Shown here one piece after another: positions 52,035-61,007 of a DNA stretch of 64,000 nucleotides. The translations under genes and the position numbers were made by a program. Position 1 is the stretch's first letter, and each line of letters opens with the position of its first letter. Below the pieces are notes generated by a model that was given only the letters and a program-made list of their open reading frames with translations, did not search any database and had not been told where the DNA came from. Source of the DNA: a virus (Duplodnaviria; Caudoviricetes); IMG/VR virus record IMGVR_UViG_3300005365_000022, positions 1 through 64,000 of that record; one strand, given 5' to 3'.

Positions 52035-52520
52035 GCAAGTGCGGGTGGGTGCGGTCTCATCGGCCGGCTCCGCCGCACCATGCGTCGCCTTCCGCACTCT
52101 ACCGCCCCGCGGTCGCCGCATCGGCACCACCTCAACCACCTTCCTGCGCAGCGTCATCCTCGTCACCATGTCAGTGGTCCCATTTGAGATCCCGTCCCAG
52201 AAGACGAGCGCAGCGTCTCCGACCTCGGCCATCCGGCTGTTCCTCACCTTGGGCGCCATGAACTTGCCGTAGCGCCGCACGTCGGCATCGGAGATCGGCT
52301 CCGGGTGAACCGCGAGGCCCCTCGCCTTGGCCCAGCGCTCGCCACAGGCGTCCACCCCGCCGCCCGGAGACTGGCCGCTCACCACCAGCTCGACCACCTC
52401 GCGCACGCGTGAGATCTCTGGCGGGATCTCTCCCCAGATCGGCATTCGCAGGACCTCGGCGTCGATCTGCTCATCGGTCGGGTGAAGCGACCGACTGCCG
52501 GCGATGATGAGCTTGACCAC
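52032..52520 (-). CDS. SLOG-family protein (DUF2493/YspA-like)
   Basis: KLIIAGSR, VVSG..GGVD..GERWA, RNSRMAE.GDA.LVFWDG.SNGT.DM. Confidence 0.8.
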   Translation of the reverse strand: MVKLIIAGSRSLHPTDEQIDAEVLRMPIWGEIPPEISRVREVVELVVSGQSPGGGVDACGERWAKARGLAVHPEPISDADVRRYGKFMAPKVRNSRMAEVGDAALVFWDGISNGTTDMVTRMTLRRKVVEVVPMRRPRGGRVRKATHGAAEPADETAPTRTC

Positions 52521-52566
52521 CGACGGCGAGCGTCTCACGTGACCCTGACGCGCGGCGCCGACTGGA

Positions 52567-53166
52567 TCAGGTCATGATCATGTTGATGACGCCACCATCG
52601 ACGGTCAGCACCCCAATCGCGCACGCCCGCCAGAGCACGACATCCACGGTGGCAACGCGGTCTCCGGTGGCCGCGGCGAGCCTGGCGCAGAGCGCGTCGA
52701 CCGTCTCTCCATCCGCCTGAGCCAGCCGAACGAGCCAGCGGTCGGGCTTGGCGCAGTCGACGCCCAGGTTCTTGGCGAGGTGGTAACGCGTGATCTTGAC
52801 GATCCAGGGCAGCGACTCGCACCACTCGAGCACGCGCGCCGGGTCATCGCAGAGCTCGCGGAACTCAGCCAGCCGTAGGGCGCGCCGGTCCCACATCAAG
52901 CCGATCGCAAGCGCCTTGCCGGCGTGACCAAACGCTGCCGGATAGAGCGGCAGGTCGGCTACGAGCCGCGGCCAGACCCGGTCCATGATCGCGCGGGCGG
53001 CGCGGTGGTGCATTCCGCTATTCACCACGACCAAGGCGTACTCACGCACCAGATCTTCGGCGTTTACAGGAGCTCGGACGTTCTGCGCCCACTCCCAGTC
53101 CTCTACGTAGCCGAGCGCGGCCAGCCGGGCGCGCGTCTCGCGGTACAGATCAGGCGTGAGCTTCAT
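52567..53166 (-). CDS. HhH-GPD-like DNA glycosylase-related protein
   Basis: LPWIVKITRYHLAKNLG.D.AKPDRWLVRL...VDVVLW: HhH plus KPD catalytic region. Confidence 0.6.
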   Translation of the reverse strand: MKLTPDLYRETRARLAALGYVEDWEWAQNVRAPVNAEDLVREYALVVVNSGMHHRAARAIMDRVWPRLVADLPLYPAAFGHAGKALAIGLMWDRRALRLAEFRELCDDPARVLEWCESLPWIVKITRYHLAKNLGVDCAKPDRWLVRLAQADGETVDALCARLAAATGDRVATVDVVLWRACAIGVLTVDGGVINMIMT

Positions 53167-53247
53167 GGCGATGAGATCTCCACTAGTTGGAGAGATCCCT
53201 GCGTGAGATCCCCGATGAGATCCCGGGATCTCAAATTTGGCGCCGGC

Positions 53248-54012
53248 TCATAGACCGCTGTGATGACACGAGGTTTCTCGACTGTACCAGTCGGTTAAGC
53301 CCATCCCGTGCGTGTCGGTAAGCGCGATCTGCCACCGCCCACCGACCATGTTGTAGACCTCGAAGAGATCCCGGGATCTCACGCCGTGCTCCATCTCCCG
53401 GCACATGCCGTCAGACAGCCGCGCTCCCCAGAGCACGATGCCGTCGCAGCGCTCGACCACCGCGCAGGCATCCACGAGCCCCGCCTCGCGCTGAGCAGGA
53501 TCTCGGTCGTCCTCGCCGGACAGCACGCTGGAGATCCACGGCGCGATGAGGGTGGTCTCCGGGAAGGCATGGCGGAGTCTCATGAACGCGCGCTGTGCCT
53601 TCCTGAGGTTCACGCTAGTGGCCTCAGCGCGTGGGGTTGGATGCCCACCGGTTACCTCCGCGGCGATCTCATCGCCGGTCGGTCGGAGCGGGGCCGCGAA
53701 GTACAGCACACGCCTGCGCGCGCTGGCCGGGATCTCATCGGCGCGCCGTCGCTCTTCGATCTCCTGCCGGATGTACTGCGCCAGGTCGAGCACCTCCTGG
53801 TAGGCGTCGACGATCGCCACACGGCCGTTGCGGGCCTGGAGCTTGGTGCCGTACTTCGCCTCGCCGATCTTGGCGCGCTCGCGGAGGTCGTCGATCACCA
53901 GGTCCACGATGGCTGGGCCGTCGTTGGTCACCGGGCGGGGCTGCACGACGGTCGCTGGCGATTGCGTCTCGCTTGGATCTATCGACGATTCTTCCTGTCT
54001 ATTTGCTATCAT
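53248..54012 (-). CDS. MazG-like NTP pyrophosphohydrolase fused to an NDT-fold (DUF4406/DUF1937-like) domain
   Basis: IGEAKYGT...DAYQEVLDLAQY; then LYFAAP...APW...VERCDGIVL.G..LSDGMCREME. Confidence 0.6.
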   Translation of the reverse strand: MIANRQEESSIDPSETQSPATVVQPRPVTNDGPAIVDLVIDDLRERAKIGEAKYGTKLQARNGRVAIVDAYQEVLDLAQYIRQEIEERRRADEIPASARRRVLYFAAPLRPTGDEIAAEVTGGHPTPRAEATSVNLRKAQRAFMRLRHAFPETTLIAPWISSVLSGEDDRDPAQREAGLVDACAVVERCDGIVLWGARLSDGMCREMEHGVRSRDLFEVYNMVGGRWQIALTDTHGMGLTDWYSRETSCHHSGL

Positions 54013-54147
54013 GCGGCACTTCCTTCAGCGGAAGGTCGAGCTGGTGCTCGTACCATCGCTGGGCACGTCGTCGTTGGCGATCGTTCCTGAGCGCGAGGAA
54101 TTTGGCTGCGGTCTCCGCGCTGGACTCGCGGCGCGGTCCCGGCATGG

Positions 54148-55410
54148 CTAGGCGTCCCCAAAGCGGCGCTCGAGCGCCATTCTGACGAGATGTTCCTGCA
54201 GGTCGGCTGGCGTCATGGCGACAACCGCCGGGTCGTCGGCTATCGCGTCATCAGCCTCCGCGCCTCCGCGCAGGATTCGCCGGATCATCTTCGCCCGTCC
54301 GGCTCGATCGAGCGGCGGGACCTCGACGAACAGGTCAAGCCGCCCGCGCCTTCGCAGCGCGGGGTCGATAGTGTCCGGACGGTTCGTCGTGACGATCAGT
54401 AGAACACCGTCCGATGCCTGTACGCCGGCGATGCTGTTCAGGAGCTCGACGAACGAGAGCTCGACGCGCTCGTGCATCGGCTGGTCGCCATCGAACACCG
54501 CGTGCAGGTCCTCGATGAGGGCTACGCACGGCACATCGGTGAGCATGCTCACCCACGCCTGCCGGAAGCTGTGGTTGTCGAGCCCGGCGACGTCGAAGAC
54601 GTGGATCGGCATATTGTGCTCCACGGCAAGCGCGCGGGCCAGCGTGGTCTTTCCGGTCCCCGGAGCGCCGGCCAGGCAGATACCGAGCCGCCATGGGATC
54701 CCTCCTTCCTCGCACCACTCCTTGCTGTCGATCCAGTTTCTAACGCGATTAGTCACGCCTTTGAGCTCTGGTCCAAGGCTCAGGTCGTCGATCGTCAGCA
54801 TAGGTCGGCCGAGGAGATCGGACGGCTGCCAGTGAAGCAGCCGCAGACCGTAGCTTGGATTTCCGCACTCGCCGCGCCCCGCCTTGGCAGTCGGCGCCGG
54901 CTGAGAACTCCCATCACCGAGCTGGCGTCCGTGATGGACGACGCCAAACCTATGGCGAGATCCCTCCTGTAAATCTGCGTGCCGCGCGTCCTCGTAGGCA
55001 GCCGCGTCGGCCAGTAGGCGATCCCAGTCGATCGTGCCCCGGATGAACGAGAACTCGCCGCGCGTCGTCTCTCGCGGAGATCCGGGCGGCCCAAGCTCGG
55101 TCGGCGAGTACCAGATCGGACGACTGCGCAGCCAGAAGCGCTGCGGCGACTCCTTGAGGTCTTCGTACCAGACGCGATACGGACGCCCCATCGGACGCAG
55201 GTGAGGTCTCTCGCTGCTGTAGTACCCAGACCTCGGCTTCCAACCGGCGGTTGCGCGCAGGTAAGACAGCACAGGTCCAGACGAATACGAGTCCGTTCTC
55301 CTCGTTACGAGGAGGAGTCCAACCGGCCACGCCAGCCACGACCTGATCTGATCCCACAGGGCCACTGCGGCGGCTATCAGCGTGACCACCTCGAACTCTC
55401 GAATCGACAT
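54148..55410 (-). CDS. BCS1-like AAA+ ATPase with N-terminal TM helix
   Basis: GAPGTGKT, IEDL, LLNSIAGV...VTTNRPDTIDPALRRRGRLD; hydrophobic N-terminus. Confidence 0.8.
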   Translation of the reverse strand: MSIREFEVVTLIAAAVALWDQIRSWLAWPVGLLLVTRRTDSYSSGPVLSYLRATAGWKPRSGYYSSERPHLRPMGRPYRVWYEDLKESPQRFWLRSRPIWYSPTELGPPGSPRETTRGEFSFIRGTIDWDRLLADAAAYEDARHADLQEGSRHRFGVVHHGRQLGDGSSQPAPTAKAGRGECGNPSYGLRLLHWQPSDLLGRPMLTIDDLSLGPELKGVTNRVRNWIDSKEWCEEGGIPWRLGICLAGAPGTGKTTLARALAVEHNMPIHVFDVAGLDNHSFRQAWVSMLTDVPCVALIEDLHAVFDGDQPMHERVELSFVELLNSIAGVQASDGVLLIVTTNRPDTIDPALRRRGRLDLFVEVPPLDRAGRAKMIRRILRGGAEADDAIADDPAVVAMTPADLQEHLVRMALERRFGDA

Positions 55411-56312
55411 CACCTGGTCCTCTTGTGGGTATCGTGGCATGCGTCGCACCTACATCCGTGCGTCGCCGGACCGTGTGTTCCCGCCTCGTTCTCGTTGATG
55501 CATGCTGACCTGCGCCCATCTTCGAGCACCGGGCTCAGCCTCGATCGGCGTCGCTTCGCCTTGGAGCGCACGTGGTAGGCCGTCTTATAGGTCCGCTTTG
55601 GCTTCTGCTTGGCGCGCTCTGCGGCGGCCCAGTCTCGCTCTATGATCTCGTCCTCGGCATCGCCTCCGCAGTCGCAGGCCCCGGTGTTGAGCTGCGGCTT
55701 GAGCGACATGCACCAGGATGCGTGGCCTCGGAGCCCGAGTGGAGCTCTGCTTGGTTGCGACGTACGCATTTCCATCGTCCGGTATTTGTCGCCAGGGTTG
55801 GAGAATTAGTCAACGGTCACGTGCTGGCATCGCCGCAAGACACGATCGGCAGTGCACCGCGCTAACCGGACGCTGACTTCGCGGTCCGTAATGCGGCGAG
55901 CATGCAGCACGATCGCCGCTACGGTCTCGCAGGTGACCAGCTCGCCGCGCTTGGGTTCCTTCCAGGTCATGGCGCATCAGCTTCGCGCTCATCGCACATC
56001 ACGTGCACGCGCCGCAGTCTCGAAGATGGCCGGGTCACCACCATCGATTGCATCGGCGTGCTTCACCAACAATGCGGCGATCTGGCGCGCTTCGCATGGT
56101 GGAAGACCTACCCAAGCGACCGGCGTTCCGAAGTCCAGCACGACAACGCCGTCTCTGGAACCGACTGCCATCCGGATGCCGCCTTCATCCGTTGGCGTCA
56201 GCCGACCGCGAGGATGCTGGCCGGTCTTACCGAGCGGCTGGCCGATCTGCTCCAGCATCTCGCGGAGGATCGGATCTGGAGCCGGGTATGGATCGCTGCT
56301 GTGATTGCTCAT
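55410..56312 (-). CDS. small hypothetical ORFs (55410-55775, 55810-55992, 55989-56312)
   Basis: ORF track; GKTG.HPRGRLTP.DEG.I.MAVG is a recurrent phage small-protein pattern. Confidence 0.45.
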
Positions 56313-56970
56313 GTAGTTGTCCTTTGTTTAGAGGATTTGGGTAGGAGGTATCGCTATCGCGATCGATCGACGGAACGAGCATGGGGGGAAGCCACAGCGC
56401 GCCCACGGCGTCGGGCATCGGTCCGGTCCCTGCAACGGTCACGGGCACGCCGGAGCGCCTGGCGGTATCCACGTCCTGGCGCCCGACCAACAGGGGGTCT
56501 CGCCACACCACCACGGCGTGGAGGGCGGTCGCTGTCGCTGTCGCGGCATCCATGGAGCCGGGGCGGCCGGCGGCCCCGGGGGTGAGCAGCGGGGACGAGC
56601 AGAACAGGCCGTAGCGCTGCAGGAGCTCGCAGGTCGCCGCCTGGCCGTGCCTTGCCGCGTCGTCGTGCTCCGCCTGCATGCCTTCGCCGAGCGGGAAGGC
56701 CAGGTAGACCGTCATGGGCATGCCGAGCGCCATCCGGGCCGCGGGGGTGACGCGGATCGGGCGCGGAGTGGTGCACTTTCCCGGCCCCTTGACCAGGTAG
56801 CCCAGCTCGACCAGGCGCAGGACCAGCGTGTAGCCTGACTTCGACCCGTGGCCCTTGATGCCCAGCGCCCGCTTCACCTCGGGGATCAGGGGGGGGCGGC
56901 GGAGTTCGGTGTGCAGCGCGTCCACGGCGCGGATCCACTTGATCTGGTGGTCGGTGATCTTGAGCGTCAT
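56227..56970 (-). CDS. LexA-type winged-helix fused to a degenerate NDT-like domain
   Basis: TDHQ...PPLIPEVKRALGI...LRLVELGYL; then VYLAFP...SSPL; C-terminal end uncertain. Confidence 0.55.
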   Translation of the reverse strand: MTLKITDHQIKWIRAVDALHTELRRPPLIPEVKRALGIKGHGSKSGYTLVLRLVELGYLVKGPGKCTTPRPIRVTPAARMALGMPMTVYLAFPLGEGMQAEHDDAARHGQAATCELLQRYGLFCSSPLLTPGAAGRPGSMDAATATATALHAVVVWRDPLLVGRQDVDTARRSGVPVTVAGTGPMPDAVGALWLPPMLVPSIDRDSDTSYPNPLNKGQLHEQSQQRSIPGSRSDPPRDAGADRPAAR

Positions 56971-58580
56971 CGCGGCCCCGGAAGTGGAAGCGTGCGCTGC
57001 GCGGTCCGCTCCTTGGCGAGCTCGGCGTACCCGAGGTCGAAGCCGATCCAGCGCCGGCCGTGCTTCTCTGCGACAGCGCCAGTTGTCCCCGATCCGAAGA
57101 ACGGATCGAGCACGAGGTCGCCTGGCCGGGTACCGGCTAGGATGCACGGATCGATCAGCTTGGGCGGGAACGTGGCGAAGTGCGCGCCGCCGAACGGCTG
57201 AGTTGCGACGGTCCAGACAGAGCGCTTGTTGCGGCGTTCCGGAGGATCTGCGTCGAGCGCGCGAAGTCCTCGATGCGGAGGTGCGCCCGGCATCGTGGTA
57301 TCGATCGGGCCCGTGTCGGTGCGGTTCTGCCCGCGCCATGTCGACGGCTCAGAGATCGCGTCGGCATCGTAAAGGTACCGCTCGCTCTTGCTCAGTAGGA
57401 ATAGGTACTCATGCGCCTTAGTCGGCCGGTCCGTGACCGACTCCGGCATCGGGTTCAACTTCGACCATATGATGTCGGATCGGAGGTAGAATCCTGGCTC
57501 GGTCATCGACTCGGGCGGCGGGAAGTCAACATCCGTCGGAGTCCCTCTGTGCAATCCGATCAGCGCGGCGTGTGCTGCCTCGGCGCGCTCCCCGGAAGAC
57601 GGACATCCGCAGAGGATGCGCGCCTGGTGCTGCTTGGCGACGAGATACGGGTACAGCTCACGCACGAAGTCGCGACACTCGATCGTCCGCAGGTTCCACC
57701 TGTAGATCCGTTGCTTGCGACGCTGATTCTCCTCGGGACCCTGCGAACAGATCGAGCCCTTGCCGACCAGCGCCATGATTCGCTCGACCACGGCGAGCGA
57801 CGTGTTGCAGATCTCAACGCCGGGTCCGTAGCTATCTGACTGCCGGATGTAGCCCTGCCCGTTGTTCTGTCCGGCCTTCCGCTTGTGGATGAACAGGCAG
57901 CCCTCAGCGTCGAGCATCGCCGCGATCCAGATCCGGTCGCGCTCGTCGCGAATCGAGCCGGTGTAGTACGGCTGGCGCAGCGCGAACGCGGTCATCCAGG
58001 GGATCCCGACAAGGTCTTTGGGCTTGAGTCCGTCGATCGGCATCCGGTTAGGTTGGGTCATCGGCCCGACCGCGGTGTGCTTGCCAGCGTGCTTCGGATC
58101 GCGGTCCGCGCGCGTCCGGATCGTTTCGCCGGGCGACGCGCCTACGCGACCAGCGCCCGTCGCATACGAGTCCCCGAGATTCAACCACAGCGTTCCGTCG
58201 TCACGTAGAACACGGCGCACGCCGCGGAACACGTCGACCATTGCCGCTACGTAGAGCTCAGGTGTCGCCTCGAGTCCGATCTGGCGATCGATGCGCCGAG
58301 CGCCGCAACGTCCGCAGTCACCGCGAAACACATGCGATGCATGCACCGTCGCCTTGCTGCCGCCGAGCGTAGACGAGATGACGCTCGCCGCTGTCCGAGA
58401 CGGCCTGCTCTCCATGTGGTCGCAGACATGATCGCCACCCTCCCACTGCGCCGTGCCATAGTCGCGCAGCCCCCAGTACGGGGGGCTCGTGATGCAGGTC
58501 TGGACGCACCCGTCGGGTAACTGGGTGAGCAACTCGCGGCAGTCGCCTACGTAGTGACCGGAGGTGCTGACGTCGATCAT
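56967..58580 (-). CDS. beta-class N4-cytosine/N6-adenine DNA methyltransferase with in-frame endonuclease insertion
   Basis: TSPPY motif IV, WLNLGD, HEYLFLL, VLDPFFGSGTTG motif I. Confidence 0.9.
   Translation of the reverse strand: MIDVSTSGHYVGDCRELLTQLPDGCVQTCITSPPYWGLRDYGTAQWEGGDHVCDHMESRPSRTAASVISSTLGGSKATVHASHVFRGDCGRCGARRIDRQIGLEATPELYVAAMVDVFRGVRRVLRDDGTLWLNLGDSYATGAGRVGASPGETIRTRADRDPKHAGKHTAVGPMTQPNRMPIDGLKPKDLVGIPWMTAFALRQPYYTGSIRDERDRIWIAAMLDAEGCLFIHKRKAGQNNGQGYIRQSDSYGPGVEICNTSLAVVERIMALVGKGSICSQGPEENQRRKQRIYRWNLRTIECRDFVRELYPYLVAKQHQARILCGCPSSGERAEAAHAALIGLHRGTPTDVDFPPPESMTEPGFYLRSDIIWSKLNPMPESVTDRPTKAHEYLFLLSKSERYLYDADAISEPSTWRGQNRTDTGPIDTTMPGAPPHRGLRALDADPPERRNKRSVWTVATQPFGGAHFATFPPKLIDPCILAGTRPGDLVLDPFFGSGTTGAVAEKHGRRWIGFDLGYAELAKERTAQRTLPLPGPR
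57495..57971 (-). mobile_element. single-motif LAGLIDADG endonuclease domain inserted in the methyltransferase, no Hint domain
   Basis: WIAAMLDAEGC...VEICNTS..VVERI...YRW....RELYPYLVAKQHQA between AFALR and FYLRSDIIW. Confidence 0.8.
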
Positions 58581-58864
58581 CGCGGATCCTTGAACGCATC
58601 GGCTGTTCGGATCCGGCGGACGGCCGCAACGAATTCGGTGCGATCGCACTCGATGGCACCCGCCGCGACCGCGAGAGCACGCTTCGACTTGCAGATGTCG
58701 TAATGCGGCGTCGATACGTTAATCGTTCTGGGATCCTGGAACCATTTCCGCGCAACGCCGATCCGGTCTGCCATCGCGTGGAGCTCATCCGGCGTGTCAG
58801 CGATCAGGTGACACATCACCATCCGCCCGTACTGGTTGACAGCCTTGTCGACGTAGACGCTCAT
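58577..58864 (-). CDS. DUF4031 family protein
   Basis: MSVYVD...MCHLIADT.DELHAMA..IG..RKWFQ...HYDI...R..A...GA. Confidence 0.8.
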   Translation of the reverse strand: MSVYVDKAVNQYGRMVMCHLIADTPDELHAMADRIGVARKWFQDPRTINVSTPHYDICKSKRALAVAAGAIECDRTEFVAAVRRIRTADAFKDPR

Positions 58865-60621
58865 CGTGCACCCACCTTTGCCAGCACGGATTCCGCGAGC
58901 CGCCGGACATGGTCCGCAGCCGCCCCTGCCTGGATGGCGTCGCCCTTCCCGTCGGCGGGGTTGAGCAGCCACTGCGACTGGGCGTGCTTGATGCCCAGGA
59001 CGTCCTCGATCACAGGGTCGCTTCCTTCCTCGGCGACCAGCACGTAGGCCATCACCGGGTGTTGCTGGCCGTCGCGGTGGACCCGGCCGTGGTCCTGGTG
59101 CATGACCGCCGGCGACCAGTCGAGCTCGGCGGTCACGCAGGTCCTGCAAACGCGCTGGAGACCGTCGAGCCCGGCGCCGGCGCGCAGCGAGATGATCATC
59201 ACCTGGGCGTCGCCATCGACGAACCGGGCCCGGGCGTCGTCCTTCTGCTTGTCGCTCTGCTTGCCGGTGTACAGCGCGTAGGGGATCTGCACGCCGCGGT
59301 CGAAGTGCGACTGCAGCAGCGCGTAGACCTCGTGGTGCCACGCGTACAGCACCACCCTCTCGCCGCTCTCGACCAGCAGGCGCACGAACTCGGCGACCGC
59401 TGCTGCCTTGGCGATCCCGGTGGCCTGGCGGAGCTTGTAGTCGATCTCCCCGGCGGCTCGCATCTGCTCGAGCGGGGAGCCGATGCGGTCCAGGACGCGC
59501 CGCGCGAGCTCGGCGACGTCGGCGGTGGCCTGGGCGATCGACTCCGGGTCGCACTCGACCACGTGCCGCACCAGCGTGAGCGCCGGCAGCTCGCGGCCGA
59601 CATCCTTCCGGGTTCGCCGGATCATCAGGCCGGTCTCGCGCAGATAGCTGCCCAGCGCGGCCGGGTCGCTCACCATCGCCTTGCCGTCCCTCACCTGGCG
59701 CTCATCACCGTCGCCTCCTCCGCCACACCACGAGTCGAGGAACTCCTTGGCCGTCCCGAGCTGGCCGGGGGCTACGACGTCCATCACGTTGTAGATCTCG
59801 ACGCCGTAATTATACACTGGCGTGGCCGTGAGGCCTCCACGCACATCCGCGGCCTCGGCGATCGCTCGCGCCGCGGTGTACTTGTGCGTTCCGCTGTGCC
59901 TGAGCTCCTGGCACTCGTCGAAGATCACGGCGCGGGCGATCCCGGACAGCGTCTCCGCCCACCTGTGCAGCTTGTGGTAGTTGATCAGTATTACGTCGGG
60001 TACGCCCTTGTTGCGCATGACGCGGCGGCGCTTGGTGTCCGGGTCCACCTCGACGCGCACGTCGGTGAACGCGTAGGGCTCGCCCTTCCGGATCCGATGC
60101 ACGCGAAGCCGAGGGGCGAACCTCGCGATCTCGCGCTCCCACTGCCGGGTGAGGTGTGTCATGGTGACGACGACGGCGGGGAGTGACCCGGGGGCGGCGA
60201 GAGCACAGATCGCCGTGCATGTCTTACCAGTCCCCACCTCGTCCGCGATCAGCAGGCTACCTGCTCGCACGAGAAGATCAGCCGCCATGCGCTGGTACTC
60301 GCGCGGTGGGATGGCCAGGTCGAACTCTCGCGGCACGTAGCCGGCCTCGTAGAGCTCCGCGATCGCCGCCAGCTTGCGCTCGTGCTGCGCGACCAACTCC
60401 GCGAACCGCGCCGCGCTATCCGGCGCGACCTGCAGCGGGTACCTCGTCGAGAACCAGTGCACGTCGTAGGCGCGCTCTGGCGTGGCCACGAGCTCGAACA
60501 CGCACGCCTTCCTCCGGTGGGCACCAACGAACATCCGCCGGAACTGCAGCGCGACGTGTGGCCTCGCCTCGACGACCAGCATGTTGCCGTCGAGCTCGAC
60601 GGTTCCCACCGGGCCGCTCAC
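58861..60621 (-). CDS. SNF2-family helicase
   Basis: ADEVGTGKT, DECQ, TATPVYN, LMIRRT, ISLRAGAGLDGLQ, QDHGRVHRDGQ. Confidence 0.9.
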   Translation of the reverse strand: MSGPVGTVELDGNMLVVEARPHVALQFRRMFVGAHRRKACVFELVATPERAYDVHWFSTRYPLQVAPDSAARFAELVAQHERKLAAIAELYEAGYVPREFDLAIPPREYQRMAADLLVRAGSLLIADEVGTGKTCTAICALAAPGSLPAVVVTMTHLTRQWEREIARFAPRLRVHRIRKGEPYAFTDVRVEVDPDTKRRRVMRNKGVPDVILINYHKLHRWAETLSGIARAVIFDECQELRHSGTHKYTAARAIAEAADVRGGLTATPVYNYGVEIYNVMDVVAPGQLGTAKEFLDSWCGGGGDGDERQVRDGKAMVSDPAALGSYLRETGLMIRRTRKDVGRELPALTLVRHVVECDPESIAQATADVAELARRVLDRIGSPLEQMRAAGEIDYKLRQATGIAKAAAVAEFVRLLVESGERVVLYAWHHEVYALLQSHFDRGVQIPYALYTGKQSDKQKDDARARFVDGDAQVMIISLRAGAGLDGLQRVCRTCVTAELDWSPAVMHQDHGRVHRDGQQHPVMAYVLVAEEGSDPVIEDVLGIKHAQSQWLLNPADGKGDAIQAGAAADHVRRLAESVLAKVGAR

Positions 60622-61007
60622 CAGGACCTCAGGGCAATCGCGGCGAACGGCTTTCCTCCGAGCTCCTGCAGGTCGGCGAGCTGCCGCGCCAGCCGGCGCG
60701 AGGTCGTCACCACCGCCACGCCGTCAACTCCGTGGGACATCGCGTAGCGCTGCGCCTGGCGCTCCACCGCGGCAACCGAGGCACGCACCTTGAGCTCGAG
60801 GACGACGCGCAGCGGTCGCTCACTGCGGGCGGTCACGAGCACGTCGAACCGCCCGCCGTCGTCGATCACCTCGGTGGAGATCTCGATCCCGGAGACGCCC
60901 CGGAGCGCCTCAACTACGTGCGCCTGCAGCGCGTCCTCTCGCCTGGTCACGTAGGCGCGTGCATCGATCGCCTGGCGCACCAGCGCGAACACGTCGCGCG
61001 ACGTCAT
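60618..61007 (-). CDS. PD-(D/E)XK nuclease-like protein
   Basis: E...Q, GRFDVLV, VLELKV, Q..RY. Confidence 0.7.
   Translation of the reverse strand: MTSRDVFALVRQAIDARAYVTRREDALQAHVVEALRGVSGIEISTEVIDDGGRFDVLVTARSERPLRVVLELKVRASVAAVERQAQRYAMSHGVDGVAVVTTSRRLARQLADLQELGGKPFAAIALRSW

Noticed and set aside
53173-53380. parS centromere
   Set aside because: The palindrome does not resemble the TGTTTCACGTGAAACA consensus and no ParA is seen; kept only as an unexplained palindrome cluster.
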